Made by a program: the position numbers and the translations under genes. The notes under the pieces were generated by a model. It was not told where the DNA came from. It searched no databases and saw nothing but the letters and a program-made list of their open reading frames with translations. Below, piece after piece: positions 9,876 to 19,212 of a stretch of DNA of 64,000 nucleotides; the stretch's first letter is position 1; each line of letters begins with the position of its first letter. The DNA comes from Acidobacteriota bacterium. GTDB taxonomy: Bacteria > Acidobacteriota > UBA6911 > RPQK01 > JAJDTT01. The stretch is from the NCBI GenBank assembly GCA_965209055.1, contig OZ242374.1, positions 192,001-256,000 of the forward strand. Direction: 5' to 3'.

Positions 9876-11492
9876 ATGAAAGCGGACAGCGGGAAAGCGC
9901 ACGATATCGACGTTCTCATCGTCGGAGGGGGGCACAATGGGCTGGTCGCCGGGAGTTACCTGGCGCGGGCCGGCCTGGAGGTCCAGGTCCTGGAGCGGCG
10001 GTCCGTGGTCGGCGGGGCCTGCATCACCGAGGAGCTCTTTCCCGGTTTCCACTTCTCCAGTTGCTCCTTCATGCTCTACGCGCTGCACCCCAGGGTTGCG
10101 GACGACCTGGAACTGCACCGATACGGTTTCCAGGTCTTTCAGGTCGATCCCTTCCTGTTTCGCCCTTACCCCGACGGCCGGCGCCTGGTGCTGCACCAGG
10201 ACCCGGAGCGCAACGCGGAAGCCATCGGCGCGTTCTCCCGCCGGGACGCGGAGAGCTACCGGCGATGGAACCGGTTGTGGGAACGGTTCCATTCCATCGT
10301 GCACGCTTACGTGCTCACGCCCCCTCCCGCCTACGTCGATCTGGTGAGGAGGGCCAGGGAGACCGGCAACCTCGAGATCTTCAAGAAAGTCCTGATCACC
10401 AGCCACGCCGACCTGGTCGAGGAGTTCTTCGAGTCGGAACACGTCCGGGCCGCCATGATCCATTCCGGAGACCATGGCGACCCCCGGTCCATCGGAAGCG
10501 CCCTGCCGGCGGCCTTCCTGCCGGGCGACGTGGAACCCGAACGGCGGATCGTGGGCATCGTCAGGGGAGGAATGGGCGCGGTCACGCGGGCCATGGCCGG
10601 TTACCTGGAAAGCCAGGGCGGCGCCATTCGCACCGGGTGCCAGGTCCGCCGCGTCCTGGTGGAGGACGGCCGCGCCCGGGGTGTCGAACTGACCAGCGGA
10701 GAGACGATCCGAAGCCGCCTGGTTGTCTCCAACGCCGACCCCAAGCGCACCTTCCTGGACCTGGTCGAACCGGAACATCTCCCCCCGGGCTTCCGCCGTA
10801 GGGTCCGCGGCCGGCGGACCGAGATCGGGTACTTCAAGTTCCACGCCGCCATGGATGAATTGCCCGACTTTTCCTCCTGGCTGGGAAGGGACTACGATCC
10901 GCGAATCACGGCCCGCGTCTGGATCTGCCCCTCCATCGAATACGTGCGGCGCGCCTGGCGGGACGCCCGGCGGGGCCGTCCTTCGAGGCAGCCCGTCATG
11001 TCGATCCAGATCCCCTCCGTCTACGACGACAGCATCTGCCCGCCGGGCAAGCACGTCCTGTCCATCTTCGCCGAATACGCGCCGGTCCGTCCGGCCCGGG
11101 GCAATTGGGATGAACGCCGGGAGGAGGCGGGAGAGCGGCTGATTGACGCGGTGACGGCGTATGCGCCCAACTTTCGCCGTGCCATCGCAGACTGGATGCT
11201 CTTGACGCCTCTGGACCTGGAACGCCGCGTCTCCCTGACCGCCGGCAACATCCACCACCTGGACATGACGCCGAGCCAGGTCTTCTCCCGCCGGCCGCTC
11301 ACGGGCTGGGCCGAGTACCGGACCCCCGTCGAGGGCCTGTGGCTCTGCGGCGCCGGCACCCACCCGGGCGGCGAGGTCTCGGGAGCGCCCGGTCACAACG
11401 CGGCCCACGCCATCTTGCGGGATCTTCGGAGGGGCGATTTCCAATCGCCCGGTTCCCCCTCGTTTTCTGATGTCGAAAGAACCGGCGGTTAG
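9876..11492 (+). CDS. NAD(P)/FAD-dependent oxidoreductase, phytoene dehydrogenase-like
   Basis: IVGGGHNGLVA, LERRSVVGGAC, GAGTHPGGEVSGAPGHNAA; start at MKADSG with upstream GGAA. Confidence 0.9.
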   Translation: MKADSGKAHDIDVLIVGGGHNGLVAGSYLARAGLEVQVLERRSVVGGACITEELFPGFHFSSCSFMLYALHPRVADDLELHRYGFQVFQVDPFLFRPYPDGRRLVLHQDPERNAEAIGAFSRRDAESYRRWNRLWERFHSIVHAYVLTPPPAYVDLVRRARETGNLEIFKKVLITSHADLVEEFFESEHVRAAMIHSGDHGDPRSIGSALPAAFLPGDVEPERRIVGIVRGGMGAVTRAMAGYLESQGGAIRTGCQVRRVLVEDGRARGVELTSGETIRSRLVVSNADPKRTFLDLVEPEHLPPGFRRRVRGRRTEIGYFKFHAAMDELPDFSSWLGRDYDPRITARVWICPSIEYVRRAWRDARRGRPSRQPVMSIQIPSVYDDSICPPGKHVLSIFAEYAPVRPARGNWDERREEAGERLIDAVTAYAPNFRRAIADWMLLTPLDLERRVSLTAGNIHHLDMTPSQVFSRRPLTGWAEYRTPVEGLWLCGAGTHPGGEVSGAPGHNAAHAILRDLRRGDFQSPGSPSFSDVERTGG

Positions 11493-11506
11493 GAAACCGC
11501 CGCGCC
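11428..11506. repeat. REPIN (inverted REP pair) overlapping the end of the oxidoreductase gene
   Basis: GGAGGGGCGATTTCCAATCGCCC ... CGGCGGTTAGGAAACCGCCG. Confidence 0.75.
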
Positions 11507-11521
11507 TGCGGGAGGCCGCCC

Positions 11522-12979
11522 ATGCCCCGTCCCAATCTTCTGGTGCTGATGACCGATCAGCAGCGAGCCGACACCGTGGGTCCCGCCTCTCCCTGCCGGA
11601 CCCCCCACCTGGACGGCCTGGCTGCTCAGGGAACCCGGTTTCTCCGCGCCTACTCTTCCAACCCCATCTGCTCCCCCAGCCGGGCGAGCCTGATGACGGG
11701 GCTCCTGCCCCACAGCCACGGGATGGTCGACTGCACCCATACGGTGGAGCCCTATCGCGCCGACCTGAAGCCGGGACTCCCCTTCTGGAGCCGGGAGCTT
11801 CGGGACGCCGGGTATCGCACCGGCTACTACGGGAAATGGCACATCGAGCGCTCCAATCGGCTGGAGGATTTCGGATTCGATTCGTACGAGCTGATGGAGA
11901 CCTTCGAGGCGGCCGATGTGGGATGCCAACGGGTTCCCGACGCCGGCTACCTGGCGCGCCGCCGGAGCCTGGGACTCCCCGAATCGGATCGCCGCTGGGA
12001 ACGCAAGGGGATGGTTCGCCATCCCGGATACCGGGACCTGTTGCTGCACGGCGTCGTGGACGAGCCCGTGGAGGGAACCCGCGAGCACCACGTCTTCTCG
12101 CGCGGGATCGATTTCCTGAATGAACCGGCCCGCGGCGACCAGCCGTGGTGCCTCTTCCTGAGCACCGCCGGTCCTCACGATCCCTACGTCGTGCCGCGGG
12201 AATACCGTCGCCGCTACGACGCCCGTTCCCTGACGCCTCCCCCCAGTTTCCAGGACGACCTGGCCGGCCGTCCCGCCATCTACCGGCGGATGCAGAGGGT
12301 GTGGAACCAGATGCAGTGGTCCGATTTCGCCGAGGCCACCGCCTGCTACTACGCCTTCTGTTCCCTCGTCGACGACCAGATCGGGAGGATTCTGAGGGTC
12401 CTGGAGGAGTCGGGCCAGTCGGAGAATACGCTGGTGCTGTTCCTGTCGGACCACGGTGACTACATGGGGGCCCACCGGCTGATGCTCAAGGGGGTCCCCG
12501 CCTTCGAGGAGGCTTATCGCGTGCCCCTGATTCTGAAAGGTCCCGGGGTGAAGCCGGGACAGAAGGTCCCCGAGATCGTCAGTCTGCTGGACGTGGCGCC
12601 GACCCTGACGGAGTTGACGCTGGGAGAGGACTTCTCCTGCCACGGGCGGTCGCTGCGTCCGCTGTTGGAGGGAGACGGATCCGGCTGGGACTCGGAAGCC
12701 TACGCCGAAATGCAGGGCCAGAGAATGGCGTACACGCAACGGGTTCTCTGGAGAGACAACCACAAGTACGTCTTCAATGCCTTCGACGAAGACGAGGTCT
12801 ACGACCTGGAACAGGATCCCCACGAACTGCGCAACCTGGCCGGAAGCCGCGAGTCCCTGTGCCGGGAGATGGCGGCTCGGATGTGGGAAATCGCCCGAGC
12901 CACCGGCGACTACAACCTCTACGAGTCCCAGTACGGCTGCTTCCGCTGGGCGCCCGTGGGACCGGAGTTGGGGGTGTAG
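11522..12979 (+). CDS. Sulfatase (formylglycine-dependent, S1 family)
   Basis: PNLLVLMTDQQR, CSPSRASLMTG, GKWH, SDHGD. Confidence 0.93.
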   Translation: MPRPNLLVLMTDQQRADTVGPASPCRTPHLDGLAAQGTRFLRAYSSNPICSPSRASLMTGLLPHSHGMVDCTHTVEPYRADLKPGLPFWSRELRDAGYRTGYYGKWHIERSNRLEDFGFDSYELMETFEAADVGCQRVPDAGYLARRRSLGLPESDRRWERKGMVRHPGYRDLLLHGVVDEPVEGTREHHVFSRGIDFLNEPARGDQPWCLFLSTAGPHDPYVVPREYRRRYDARSLTPPPSFQDDLAGRPAIYRRMQRVWNQMQWSDFAEATACYYAFCSLVDDQIGRILRVLEESGQSENTLVLFLSDHGDYMGAHRLMLKGVPAFEEAYRVPLILKGPGVKPGQKVPEIVSLLDVAPTLTELTLGEDFSCHGRSLRPLLEGDGSGWDSEAYAEMQGQRMAYTQRVLWRDNHKYVFNAFDEDEVYDLEQDPHELRNLAGSRESLCREMAARMWEIARATGDYNLYESQYGCFRWAPVGPELGV

Positions 12980-12981
12980 GT

Positions 12982-13062
12982 GCTTCCCCACCGGCCCATG
13001 CCCGGCGAAATGCCGGTAGAAAAAGGAAAGGAGCGGCGGTTTCCTAACCGCCGAACTGGAGC
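12982..13062 (+). repeat. 81-bp direct repeat copy 1 (contains a REP)
   Basis: 78/81 identical to 16220-16300. Confidence 0.9.
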
Positions 13063-13069
13063 CCGCTCC

Positions 13070-14509
13070 CTACGGCGCGCCAAATCGAAACGAATAAAGA
13101 TTCGAGTCCCGAAGCACGAACCGGAGGCGCACCACCTGTCCCTCCAGTTCGCTCAGATCCTCCCTCTCCCCCCAATTCACAACCCGATCCAACTCATCGC
13201 CGTAGATCTCTTCGCTGTTCTCCAGATTGAAGCCCAGCACCGGACGGGAAAAGTGGTTGAGCACCTCCACCCGGACCGATCCCGTGACCGATGTGGAGTA
13301 GTTGATCCGCAGCCGGCTCCCCTTGAATTTCAACGGCCGCGTCGTGAGCTCTCCTCCCAGATCGGGGGCATGAACCGAGATGAACCCGTCCTGCCGCAGC
13401 GTCACCCGCCGGATGTGGGCGTGGGGCGTCCGGTAGTTGTGGGTCATGTACATGGACAGCTCTCCCGGTGCGGTCCGGACCAGGCCCGAACCGAAGGACA
13501 TGGCGCGCTCATGCCAGTTGTTCTCGTCGAATCCGGGACGGATCCAGGCCTCGCGAAAGGTCCGTTGCCAGCGGAGTCCGTCGCGGCTGCTGAGCAGGGC
13601 GATGTCCGAGAGGCCGGGGAAGGGCCAGCCCTCGGCTCCCCGGTCCAGGATGAAGCGCATGGGGAACATGAGGTAGACGTTTCGCGCCCAGGGATAGGGG
13701 ATGGCGGCGCTGCTGTAGAACTGTTCCCGGGGTTGGGTCCCGAAGGGGATCTCCACCCATTCGGGGCCGTCCCAGGTGCGGAAGTCGGGGGAGGTGAAAC
13801 GGCGAATGGTCCGGTTGGCCTCTCCGCTGGTTCCCGAAGCGTCCAGCTGTTTCTCCGGGGTCGATCCCCACCAGCCTCGCTTGTAGATGACGTACCGGGA
13901 CTGCCAGGGGTCCCAGAACGCGGCATGCGGACCGTCGTTGACCTGATCCTGGAGCCTCCGGATCAGGGGATCGGGCTGGATCGGTTTCCACCGGATCCCG
14001 TCCGCCGAGACCAGTCCGTGGATGTCCCGGGTCTGGACGATGGCCTTGTACCTCTCCCCCTCCGGGACCCCGGGGTTCGGGTCCTTGAAGACGCACATGT
14101 TGATCCCCTGGTTCCCGGGAGTGGGCCAGACCAGGTTGTTGTCCGTGGAGCCTTGCGACTCCACCAGCCCCAACGAGGGCCGCTCCCAACCGACCCCGTC
14201 CTTGCTCTCGGCGTAGGCCGTCTGGGCCACGCCGTCATGGTTGCCCTGGGAGACCCGGTACCACATCCGGAAACGGTCGCCGTCCCGGATCACGATGGGA
14301 TGCCAGGAGGTATCCCCCTCCCAGGGCTTCTCGTATCGCAGCACCTCTTCCCGCAGAACCGGCCGATGCAGCTCGAACTCGGCGCCGCGCATCTCGCCGA
14401 TGAGACCCCGGTCCAGAAAGAGCTGTCGGTCGGACCCGATATTGACGAAGGACTGTCCACCCAGTACGGGCAGCGAGGCCAGCAGGCAAGCGAATAGAAC
14501 TCTTTTCAT
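13070..14509 (-). CDS. Secreted glycoside-hydrolase-like beta-propeller protein
   Basis: MKRVLFACLL signal peptide after GGAG RBS; IGSDRQLFLD, SKDGVGW, SADGIRW, LRQDGFIS...LYSFRF. Confidence 0.82.
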   Translation of the reverse strand: MKRVLFACLLASLPVLGGQSFVNIGSDRQLFLDRGLIGEMRGAEFELHRPVLREEVLRYEKPWEGDTSWHPIVIRDGDRFRMWYRVSQGNHDGVAQTAYAESKDGVGWERPSLGLVESQGSTDNNLVWPTPGNQGINMCVFKDPNPGVPEGERYKAIVQTRDIHGLVSADGIRWKPIQPDPLIRRLQDQVNDGPHAAFWDPWQSRYVIYKRGWWGSTPEKQLDASGTSGEANRTIRRFTSPDFRTWDGPEWVEIPFGTQPREQFYSSAAIPYPWARNVYLMFPMRFILDRGAEGWPFPGLSDIALLSSRDGLRWQRTFREAWIRPGFDENNWHERAMSFGSGLVRTAPGELSMYMTHNYRTPHAHIRRVTLRQDGFISVHAPDLGGELTTRPLKFKGSRLRINYSTSVTGSVRVEVLNHFSRPVLGFNLENSEEIYGDELDRVVNWGEREDLSELEGQVVRLRFVLRDSNLYSFRFGAP

Positions 14510-14636
14510 ATCTCCTCCCGTGGGCAGGATAGGTTCGGGACGACAGCCGGTCAACGAACCCCTGCGCTCTGGCTCTCCGCAGCGCGGGGGACGGATCGAC
14601 CTTCGTTTGCATAAAGGAGGACCGATTGGTAGAGTA

Positions 14637-14686
14637 AATCACTGGAAAATCACCATAATGGTCAACTTAATCACCCCATAATCACC
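14637..14686. promoter_or_regulatory. Array of AATCAC direct repeats (OmpR/PhoB-type box candidate)
   Basis: AATCAC at 14637, 14648, 14669, 14680 (spacing 11-21-11); same pattern at 44343-44392. Confidence 0.55.
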
Positions 14687-15085
14687 GTTTATATGTAAAA
14701 ATACTATCCTTTTTTCAGCGCATTTCGGAGACCGGCGCCGGACGCGCCTAGCCACGGGGAAACGTGGTATTGGGGGTCAGGAAGAACATGGATAAAACAT
14801 TCCAGGTCATTCAGTTCCGGAAAAACTTCGGGTGGATTGCAATTCCACGGCAGGCGCCCGGGACGCCGCGTCCGCCGGTGAATTCCTTGATCGTGAGGAG
14901 ATAATCTCATTTTGCCCAAGGCTTCATTTTCAGCTCTGATCAAAAAAGTTACTATCCTTTGTTCAGATATTTCACCTGAATCCACGAGTCCATCTTTTCT
15001 TGCCCTCCCTGATTCCTCCCTGGAGGTGGCGGACACGGCTAATGGGCTGAACGGATGTTCCCGATTGGGGAGAAATGGAAGAGTT

Positions 15086-16099
15086 ATGCCCAAACCGCAA
15101 ACTGCTGATGCCTGTCCAACCGACCGCCATTCCGGGATCAAAGCAGATGCAGCCGCCGTCGCGGCTTCGGAATCTTCCTTGGCCGATGCTCCCGGGAGAG
15201 TCGTCGAGCTTGCCGCCGCGTCCCTGTCGAAGAACACGCGCCGCGCCTATCGAGGCGCCTTGCAGCGGTTGCAGCACTATCTGGACAAACACGATGCCAG
15301 CCTCACGGATGGTTGGCTGGCCAGCTACCTCGCCTCTCTGTTTCATCGGGGCCGCTCCCCCTCCTCAGCCAGCATGGTCGTGGCAGCCGTCCGCTTTCAG
15401 GCCAGGACCACCGGCGCGCCTTCACCCGTGGGGCCGGCCACCGATCGGGTCCTGGCCGGGTTCCGGCGCGAGGGACGCCGGAGGGGCCGGGGGCAAGTCG
15501 AAGGGATCAGTTGGGAGATGGCCGACGTCATCGCCGCCCTCATCACTGCCGTCGAGACGGGCTCTCTTGCGGCCTTCCGTGACGCCGCCCTGATCTCCAT
15601 CATGTCTGACGCCATGCTTCGGGTTTCGGAAGTCGCCGCGCTTCAATGCGCCGACATCCGGGAGGACGATGGAGGCGCCGGCTTGCTCACGATTCACAGT
15701 TCCAAGACCGACCAGGAGGGGGAAGGGACGATCCTGTTTCTTGGTGCGCTCACCATGAGGCGGATCCGCGCCTGGATCGTCGCCGCCGGCTTCAATTCAG
15801 GACCCCTGTTTCGGCCGGTGCGGGTCGGAGGCATCGTGGAGGATGGGGCCCTCAGTTCCCGAAGCATCCGGAACGTCATCCAGAAGAGGGCGAAGCAGGC
15901 CGGCATCGACGGTGGGCGGATCTCCGGGCACTCGCTCCGGGTCGGGTCGGCTCAGTCCCTGGCCCTTCGGGGAGCCTCCCTGGTGGAGCTCCAACAGGCC
16001 GGACGCTGGACCTCGCCGCACATGCCGGGCCGGTATGTCCGGGGGCAACTTGCCTCCCGTGGACCCATGGCCCGGATCCGGTACGGGAAGGGGTCCTGA
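15086..16099 (+). CDS. Cre-like tyrosine recombinase
   Basis: SKNTRRAY N-domain; catalytic set MLRVSE (R), SKTDQEG (K), GHSLRVG (HxxR), GRWTS (W), RYVR (Y); 337 aa from ATG 15086 (ORF track extends to 14912). Confidence 0.9.
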   Translation: MPKPQTADACPTDRHSGIKADAAAVAASESSLADAPGRVVELAAASLSKNTRRAYRGALQRLQHYLDKHDASLTDGWLASYLASLFHRGRSPSSASMVVAAVRFQARTTGAPSPVGPATDRVLAGFRREGRRRGRGQVEGISWEMADVIAALITAVETGSLAAFRDAALISIMSDAMLRVSEVAALQCADIREDDGGAGLLTIHSSKTDQEGEGTILFLGALTMRRIRAWIVAAGFNSGPLFRPVRVGGIVEDGALSSRSIRNVIQKRAKQAGIDGGRISGHSLRVGSAQSLALRGASLVELQQAGRWTSPHMPGRYVRGQLASRGPMARIRYGKGS

Positions 16100-16219
16100 A
16101 CGAATCGCCCGAACCAGCCTGAGCCGGGAGGTCATCAGCGCCGCCGGCATGACTGCGAAGCAGCCGGGAGGGGTCCGGCGCATGGGAGCGATGGTGCCCC
16201 GAGTCCTGTGATCCCAGGA

Positions 16220-16300
16220 GCTTCCCCACCGGCCCATGTCCGGCGAAATGCCGGTAGAAAAAGGATGGGAGCGGCGGTTTCCTAACCGCCGAACTGGAGC
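16220..16300 (+). repeat. 81-bp direct repeat copy 2
   Basis: 78/81 identical to 12982-13062. Confidence 0.9.
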
Positions 16301-16374
16301 GGCGATTTCCAATCGCCGAACTCCTGACTGACAAACTTGGCGACAAAGATTGGGCGATTGGAAATCGCCCCTCC
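16268..16374. repeat. Tandem REPs plus REPIN
   Basis: GGAGCGGCGGTTTCCTAACCGCCG, GGAGCGGCGATTTCCAATCGCCG ... GGGCGATTGGAAATCGCCCCTCC; the spacer TGACAAACTTGGCGAC recurs in reverse orientation in the REPIN at about 26276-26353. Confidence 0.8.
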
Positions 16375-16504
16375 TTTTTCTTAGAAGACGGGAAGACCGG
16401 CCTGGTTCCGGCCGAACGCGACACAGGCTCCGTCCCCATACTCGAAGCTGGCGAACCAGAGCAACTCCGGTCCGCATCTTCATCCCCTCAGGAACCGAAC
16501 GGCC

Positions 16505-16687
16505 TCAATCCCTCGGGTTGCTGACGATACGCCGGCCCGGGTCGGGGGGCTCCTGCTGCTCGAGGAGGCGGCTGGCAATCTCGACGGCGGACAGATCCAC
16601 CTTGAGATTGCGAATTTGCAGAGCCTTCAGGGCGCTGCCCTTCCGGCCCCAGGGACGGCCGTCGCTGCGGATTCTATGCGGTTTCAT
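16505..16687 (-). CDS. Small hypothetical protein (60 aa)
   Basis: Good RBS (GAGGAG-caat-ATG); divergent from the surface-protein gene. Confidence 0.4.
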   Translation of the reverse strand: MKPHRIRSDGRPWGRKGSALKALQIRNLKVDLSAVEIASRLLEQQEPPDPGRRIVSNPRD

Positions 16688-16896
16688 ATTGCTCCTCTCG
16701 ATTGGCCGGATGGCCTGCTGTCAATCCAATCAGCCATTCCGGAACTACCCACCGAATCATCTCTGTAGCTCGTCGACGGTGGATCGGGCTGCGCCGAGCG
16801 GCATGCCCGGCGTCGCCCGTCGACCCTGTTGACGGGCCCGGCTTGGCAATAGCGTTCTCGAAACGCCTCACCAGAAAAAACGCTGCCATAAACGCC

Positions 16897-16939
16897 CAAA
16901 AAAAGTGACTTGCGCGCCGTATTGGGAGCTTCCGATAAC
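16897..16939 (+). promoter_or_regulatory. Putative sigma70 promoter for the 17045 gene, overlapping the left arm of lox-like site 1
   Basis: A-tract, then TTGCGC (16910-16915), 18 bp, GATAAC (16934-16939); weak match to consensus. Confidence 0.35.
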
Positions 16940-16954
16940 GGGAATTATCGGAAG
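16929..16954 (+). other. lox-like recombination site 1 (10-6-10)
   Basis: CTTCCGATAA-CGGGAA-TTATCGGAAG: perfect inverted arms around an asymmetric 6-bp spacer. Confidence 0.75.
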
Positions 16955-17044
16955 TCGGGAGAGGAGCACTGCCTATGGGGGAGGCGTGAGGATTCTGGTC
17001 TCAACAGGTTTTTAGTTTCAACCAAACAAGCAAGGAGTTACACA

Positions 17045-18904
17045 ATGAAATCGATTTTCAAAATTCTGGTTTTGGGCGTCGTCCCGATCCTCGCGCTCAC
17101 TGCGGTCGTGGATCAGGGTCTCGCCGCCGACAAGGGATCGCAGTTGATCTTCCACAGCAACATGTACCACAAGAACTTCATCTCCGTTGCCAACGCCAAC
17201 GATGGCAAGGCGGTTACGTTGCTGACTCAGTACTACAACGACGAGATGGCAATGGTTCTCTGGTACCTGAGAGTCATTCCCGGCGGCGGAAACCTTTTGG
17301 TCGACCCCTTCGACCATTCGATTCCGGGCACGGCAGAACAAGATGATGACGGTGAGGACATTGCGGGATCGGAAACGAACGTCAGCGATATTCTCGGCGA
17401 ACTCGCCGCAATGAGCCACAAGGATGAGGACGGTACGCAGCACCACGGAGTCAATTCCGGTCGTTTTCTGATCGTCATTACGGCGGTGGGGGCAAACACG
17501 AAAGAAGATCCGGATACTACTGCCACCGAACTCAATGGCGTGACCACGGCGAACATCCTCTTTCCAGGCTTCCTGGCTGCGGACATGCATGCTGTCGACA
17601 ACATCGACAATTGCGGAAATCTTTCGATCGACGGCATGGGGCTCGGGCTCACCCGCCACCCCACGGATAAAGCCTGGGACTGTCGTAAGGATGATCCCAC
17701 CACTACGGGAGTCAATGAAGCCGATGTGACTACCAAAAACGTCGGTGCTTTGTCTGTATCCAACGCCGAACCCGTCGCCTTCAACCACCTTACCGGGCAT
17801 TTCACGGAGGCGCTGGTTGGGACCGCCGAGGGGGGTTCCGATCAGACCGCATCCTGGGGTGGCGCGCCAGTGATCCGGCCAGCTGTTACCAATGCGGCCA
17901 ACGCGGCGATGATAGGCGTCGACTACCAGACTCTGAACGGCATAGACAACGGAGGGACTGCGAACTACTACCATTCCTCTGGCGCTGCTACCGCAATATC
18001 GGTTGATGGCACCGGTCGTCTGGCAGAAAAGGATGCCGGTGGTCAGGGTATAGTTGATATTACGACGGGAGAAGATCGTGCCGACTTTACAGCTCCCTCA
18101 CGTATCGCTGAGCAACCGGACGCTGTCACCAACAGGGGGCTAGCCGGTGTAGGCAATATGAACGCTGCAACGCCACCAGCCCAGCTCGAACACGGGGCCT
18201 TGGTCCTGCCGGCTCTCCACGGAGGAGGAATGGAGACCACACAGGTCGCGATCTTGTTGTCAGTAGCCGACGATTATGGCGACCCGAGAAGAAACGCGGG
18301 TGGCGATTACAAGTTGATCCCCGCCATGACCGGGTACAAGGTGACCGTGCAGGACAATATGGGGGATGTCTTGCCGGATCCTGCTGCCGAGGACGATCCC
18401 GTATTTGGTGGCACGGACTCTGCCGATGCTCCGGCGGGTGTCAGTATCATCGTCAATGGAATCGGTGTCATGGTCAATGCCAACCTTGGCAAGTGCACTG
18501 GAACCATGATCGACGGCGCTTGGACCCTCGACCAATTGACGAGCCTCGTTCCCACGGCGGCTTCGGGCGCCAAGACCTTTGGTGGTGTTGGTGCCATGCT
18601 GGATCCGATGATGAATGCCACTCCCGGCTTGATCAAGTTCGTGCGTACCTCAATGACGTGCAAGATGAACTACGGCGACGGCGACGGCACGACTCTTACA
18701 GGGATTGAGGAGGCGGATGGTGTCCCCACAAAGAGTGAGCGGACCTACACGGCCGGCACGTTGATCAGGGAACAGGCAGACTCGAATCGTACATTCGTTA
18801 CGACGGGACAAGCCGTTTTGAAGTTCATCACGCCGGATTCGACTTTCGGGGCCTCATGGTCACTGAAGTCTCCCGCGGCTACCGCAGCCGACTTCACCCC
18901 CTAG
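17045..18904 (+). CDS. Large secreted acidic Ala/Gly/Thr/Asp-rich protein, candidate S-layer or cell-surface protein
   Basis: AAGGAG RBS, Sec signal peptide MKSIFKILVLGVVPILALTAVV, 619 aa, codon usage distinct from neighbours (many T-ending codons), own terminator; function inferred. Confidence 0.75.
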   Translation: MKSIFKILVLGVVPILALTAVVDQGLAADKGSQLIFHSNMYHKNFISVANANDGKAVTLLTQYYNDEMAMVLWYLRVIPGGGNLLVDPFDHSIPGTAEQDDDGEDIAGSETNVSDILGELAAMSHKDEDGTQHHGVNSGRFLIVITAVGANTKEDPDTTATELNGVTTANILFPGFLAADMHAVDNIDNCGNLSIDGMGLGLTRHPTDKAWDCRKDDPTTTGVNEADVTTKNVGALSVSNAEPVAFNHLTGHFTEALVGTAEGGSDQTASWGGAPVIRPAVTNAANAAMIGVDYQTLNGIDNGGTANYYHSSGAATAISVDGTGRLAEKDAGGQGIVDITTGEDRADFTAPSRIAEQPDAVTNRGLAGVGNMNAATPPAQLEHGALVLPALHGGGMETTQVAILLSVADDYGDPRRNAGGDYKLIPAMTGYKVTVQDNMGDVLPDPAAEDDPVFGGTDSADAPAGVSIIVNGIGVMVNANLGKCTGTMIDGAWTLDQLTSLVPTAASGAKTFGGVGAMLDPMMNATPGLIKFVRTSMTCKMNYGDGDGTTLTGIEEADGVPTKSERTYTAGTLIREQADSNRTFVTTGQAVLKFITPDSTFGASWSLKSPAATAADFTP

Positions 18905-18975
18905 GCTGATTCAGCACATCCAAGGACCGTCGCTCTCCTCAACCAAGTGAGATCGACGGATCGGGTGGAAACGAA

Positions 18976-19012
18976 AAGGGGGAGGCCTGCTATCAGGTCT
19001 CCCCCTTCTTTA
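18976..19012 (+). terminator. Rho-independent terminator
   Basis: AAGGGGGAGGCCTG-ctat-CAGGTCTCCCCCTT followed by CTTTA. Confidence 0.85.
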
Positions 19013-19212
19013 TTCACCATGCTGCAACGAATTCCAGAATGCAGGGGCAGATTTTCAACCATCCTTTCTACCCCCACGTTCTGGAGAAACCCGATGTGGA
19101 GCCCTATCCCGAGCTCTTCGTTACCGGACAGTGACGACGCGCAAGCTCTCTCGGGTTTCCCTGTGGCACCCCTGAAGGGGCCGTATGAATCGGCCCCGCC
19201 GCAGGCCTCATC

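Noticed and set aside
14894-14920. GAGATAA-TCTCAT-TTTGCCC as a third lox-like site
   Set aside because: Arms match poorly and the spacer differs from CGGGAA
14912-15085. N-terminal extension of the recombinase given by the ORF track
   Set aside because: Low-GC promoter-like sequence; starting at ATG 15086 gives a Cre-sized 337-aa protein
16268-16374. Repeated palindromes that could be mistaken for a CRISPR array (also 26154-26377)
   Set aside because: Units vary in sequence and orientation, lack regular unique spacers, recur throughout the window, and no cas genes are present
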